DNA from: Schizochytrium sp. TIO01
Lineage: Eukaryota > Protista > Bigyra: Labyrinthulomycetes
Reading direction: 5' to 3'
Assembly (NCBI GenBank): GCA_004764695.1
Contig: SMSO01000037.1
Location: forward strand, 1,712,747 to 1,776,746
Length of the DNA: 64,000 bases
Made by a program: the position numbers and the translations under genes
Shown here: positions 60,326 to 64,000 of the stretch, piece by piece
How the letters are laid out: each line of letters opens with the position of its first letter
Position numbering within the stretch: position 1 is the first letter of the stretch
The notes under the pieces: generated by a model
What the model saw: the letters and a program-made list of their open reading frames with translations, nothing else
What the model was told of the DNA's origin: nothing
Databases searched by the model: none

Positions 60326-62218
60326 AGAGTACGAGTCAATAGTTTGTTTGTTTGTTTGTTTGTTTGTCTCTTTTCTGAGGACAAGAGAAGAAAAGGGAAA
60401 CTAACACAGGAGACCCACCTCATTCTTAGCAGTAGTTATCAAGCACCCGCGACGAGAACAACAAAAACACGAAGCGCGACAGCTTGAGAAGAACCGAGAC
60501 GAGAGCAAACGAAGGCAAAGGCAGGCGCCACGGAGGCTTGAGAAGAACTGGCAGACGGGCTGCGGCTTATCAGGAGTTCGTGAGCTGCTGGGCTCTGTAC
60601 CTATCTGTTGTCTACTACGAGTAAAGGACCATTCGAACAGGCTCGGTAAGGTTGACTTTGCTGGCGCTGGTACTGGCGAGAGAACAGAAGTCCACTTTGC
60701 TGTGAGCAGTATCTGAGGCTTGCTGCTGACCTACTGCTGCTGCTGCTGCTGCTGCATTGGAGCGCACTGGGAATTCCCGTCAGGTGGGGTCTCTGCAGCC
60801 TTGCACGTTGCAGTGAACCGCACCAGGAACGGTGTCGCGCAGTGGGTTTAGAGATTTTGATTCGTTCATTAATTTTGCTGTGGCAGGTGACTAAATTTGC
60901 CCAGAAACTCTTGCAAAAGCTGACGTTAGGCAAGTCCAAGTGGACTCGAAGTGCGGACCCATAAACCTTGACGTTTCTGGCTTGCTTTACTGCTGGTCAG
61001 GCCGCCTGACTTCCTCTCGTCTGCTTTGGCCCTTTCAGAAAGAACTTGCTCAATCGCTCTAGCTAAGAGCTCATTTCATTATACATCTACGGCACGTGCC
61101 GAGATTTAAGGACAACAGCTGAGCAAAGCTAAAGAGATTCACTACAATTAAGGCGGCGGGAACTGCTTACGATATAGAAGAAAACTCGATCAATTTGATT
61201 GTTCTTCATCTACAACCGGAGGACCAGCGAGTACACGCGTACACACCAGCATATTATTTGAGAGCTTTAGGTGTATTGAGACAGAGAGAGAGAAGGCACC
61301 ACACTCAAGTAGAAGCTGGTCTAGTAAACAGCTTCTGTCGTGGGACCTCAAAACACTAGGGAATACCCAGGAGTAAATTCTCGTGCGTTGTTTCTCTAAT
61401 CGTTGTCTTCTGCTACAGCGGACTAGCGAGGACACCGCAACGCTTTCAAATAGCTAATCTACAGGTATCGCGCCAGAGTTCGATTTGGCCCTGGCGGACA
61501 CAACAGTTAAGAGCTTCATCGCTAGCAGTAGGTAACAGAGGCCGAGCCTTCCGTTGGTGGCGCATACTTAACACCTTTCCATACTATCCCCTATATATTC
61601 AGGCACAGGCTCATTGCGCTCGCTGCTGCTACACTTTTGACAAACACTTCGCTAGGTCAATTATCGCAGCTGTGCTAATCATCAGAAAGCTCAAATAGCG
61701 TTGTTCAGGCTTAATTTTCAAGCTAGACCACTACTGTCTAGAAGTAAAAGCGTTCAGTCTTCCCTGAACACCACCAAGAAGCCCAAGCTCAATCGCCTGT
61801 ACAGATTGTGCCTAGTTTTGTACCGCGCACCTACCAGGTCGCCTTCGAACTCTGCTTGAGTTCTTCCGAAGTAGTGGACGGCGTGGCCATAGCTCTAGAG
61901 CAGAGATCCGAGGAAACAGCAAGAACCTCGAACAGACCTTGCTGTAGCGGAACCGACACAAGTTATCTTGTGTGCGAAGAGCTCCTAGCACCACCACAGG
62001 AAGTGCACTCTAGCGAGCTAGATTGCTGGTGCAAGCCTGGAGTGGCACCACCAAGAGTAATCGAACACCTTGTCAGCCCTCCGAAAGTCCCACAAGAGGA
62101 CCGGAAAATCAGTTTTTGCGTTTTCCGAGGACTGCATACTTTTCACTTTGGCGGTGGACCCCGTTGCCAGCAAGCAGGCAGGCGTGAAGCAGCCCTAGCA
62201 GCAGCTTCACGAGCTTGA

Positions 62219-62347
62219 ATGAGATCTCCCGGTCACGGCGAACTGAACCCTATCAGCATCCAGGCATCGCCCCCGCGAGACTTCCGGGCCCAGGCGAGCG
62301 CAACGACGATCAACAGCAAAAGAAAAGAGAATTACAAGTGCTATTAG
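62219..62347 (+). promoter_or_regulatory. Upstream ORF, 42 aa (MRSPGHGELNPISIQASPPRDFRAQASATTINSKRKENYKCY)
   Basis: The only plus-strand ATG found between 59912 and 63087; ends at TAG 62345-62347. Confidence 0.55.
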
Positions 62348-63087
62348 TACAACTCAGGAGGAAAGCGAGACCCGGAACCTCTCGTCTCTCCTCTGCAGAC
62401 ATTGCTTCAAGAACAGATAGCTCCTCGTGCCGTAGCTCGCAACTGGAGTATTATTCAACCAACTAACACCGTTCTCGACCCACACTCTGTAATCCCGGTA
62501 CTGTTCTAGGTGATTACTAGTTAACTTGCATCACATCACCAACTACTGTGGTCATTTGCTGCAGTGTTTCTGCTGGTGCTTTTTGTACTTATCTCGTTGT
62601 TATTCTAATTAGGTTCGAAAGCAGCCAAAGAAGACTTAGGCATTCTGTGTGTTTGTCTCTGTATAAAGTAAGAAAAAGAAACGGATCGAACTCCGCACAA
62701 ACCGAGTCGTTGGCTCACCTGTGGTGCTCTTTGGTTATTGTTTTGTACTCAATTAACTTGTTGACCTGGTTGACTCATATCATTCCTACAGCAGTACATT
62801 GTTCAAGCAAAATAGGCTTTTAGTCTAAAATCTGATATAGCCTGTGCTTTAGGGATAAGCATAGCCATTTAGTTTACCTAATCGTCATCTCACTAAGGCA
62901 CTCACTCTACCAACGTGGCTATCAAGAGCACATACACATCAGCAAGAAAGGCATAAATATTGAAGCTTTTCTCTGGAAATTCTAAAGTACTAGCCCCATA
63001 GGGATTCACTTTTACCCAAATTTGCCGTCAACTGATCTCAGATCTGGTTTAAGAATCTCCCAACCGCGCAAGTCTACGAGCACTTGG

Positions 63088-64000
63088 ATGAGCGATCGAT
63101 ACGGAAGAAAGCAGAACCCGCATCATTCGCAGAGCACTCCAGATAGTGCCACAAGTCGAGGAGATAGCGACTCAGACAGAGACTCCTCCGGAACCTCTCG
63201 GGGTGCGCCACCCGCACCCCAGCCATCAAACAGGTTTTCTCCATCAGACGGCCAGGGAACAGGTGCAACAGCGAGAGGATTTTCGCGTGGCAACTCCCAT
63301 CTGCCTGACCGCAGCCCAACCTTTCCTGGTGGCACAGAAATGGCATCTTCGCTCGGCGTGCTCTCTGCCAATCAGAACAGCGCAATGTTAACAAACGTTA
63401 ATCCTGCAAACTTCAAATCAAGTATGCTAGGCGCTGGACCTACAGCGGGAGCTGGTCCCGGGCAGCTTGGCAGGGGTCATTTCTCTTCTAAATCCATGAT
63501 GCCGTCATCATCTGCTGGCGTTGGTAGACCTGGCGGCGCAAGTGAAATGCCAAGGCCCAATATCAAACGTGAGCACAAGAACATAGAAGATAGCCCTGAT
63601 GTGGAACCAGTTGCTACACACACTCGCTCCAGTAATAAGCGTTCCCGTGTCACAAGTTGCAGTCGCAAGTTCTCTGCAGAAGACGATGCTAGTGACCACA
63701 GCTCTGAGCCGCCTTCGGATGCTCCCATCGACAGGAACTCTCCAAGTCGAGCTGGTGGTACACAACGTAGAGCATCCAGCCGATACCGCGGTGTTTGTTG
63801 GCTGAAAAAACGTAAAGCATGGCGGGCGCGTATTGAAATTGATGGTGTGCGGAAGCATTTGGGCTACTTCAATGACGAGGTTGCTGCCGCTCGAGCATAT
63901 GATGCTCGCGCAAGAGAAACCCTTGGTCTTTCTGCTCGCCTTAACTTTCCCGATGAGGAAGAACGCGAAGCTGCCGCTGCGGCCTCCAGAGCATCAGCAA
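63088..64000 (+). CDS. AP2/ERF (ApiAP2-like) domain transcription factor, 3'-truncated by the window edge
   Basis: Open frame from ATG 63088 to the window end (304 codons; absent from the ORF track because it has no stop). A Ser/Gly/Pro-rich N-terminus is followed by SSRYRGVCWLKKRKAWRARIEIDGVRKHLGYFNDEVAAARAYDARARETLGLSARLNFP at 63775-63951, a textbook AP2 domain. Confidence 0.95.
   Translation, partial: MSDRYGRKQNPHHSQSTPDSATSRGDSDSDRDSSGTSRGAPPAPQPSNRFSPSDGQGTGATARGFSRGNSHLPDRSPTFPGGTEMASSLGVLSANQNSAMLTNVNPANFKSSMLGAGPTAGAGPGQLGRGHFSSKSMMPSSSAGVGRPGGASEMPRPNIKREHKNIEDSPDVEPVATHTRSSNKRSRVTSCSRKFSAEDDASDHSSEPPSDAPIDRNSPSRAGGTQRRASSRYRGVCWLKKRKAWRARIEIDGVRKHLGYFNDEVAAARAYDARARETLGLSARLNFPDEEEREAAAAASRASA

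Overview
Eukaryotic nuclear DNA. It is most likely from a stramenopile protist of the thraustochytrid/labyrinthulomycete type; this is inferred from gene style, short GT-AG introns with CTRAY branch points, an AP2 factor and dense tetranucleotide microsatellites, and is not proven. The first 11.3 kb holds three genes: a Gos1/GOSR1 Golgi SNARE (-), an intronless type II membrane GH92 alpha-mannosidase (+), and a multi-exon gene (-) that the ORF track only partly shows. In that gene ten 84-nt exons and one 78-nt exon, all phase 2-2, each encode one ribonuclease-inhibitor-type leucine-rich repeat. They are spliced to a 2.6-kb exon encoding coiled coil, an atypical kinase and RBR-like RING fingers. 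About 49 kb then follows with no recognisable intact protein gene, only a lone tRNA-Pro(UGG), many simple repeats, GC-rich islands and a few possible decayed gene fragments. The window ends in an AP2-domain transcription factor (+, truncated, missed by the ORF track). The 3.2 kb before it contains only one plus-strand ATG. The two strongest leads are the modular LRR-kinase-RING candidate immune receptor and the very long AUG-purged leader with a single uORF. All counts and alignments were done by eye.
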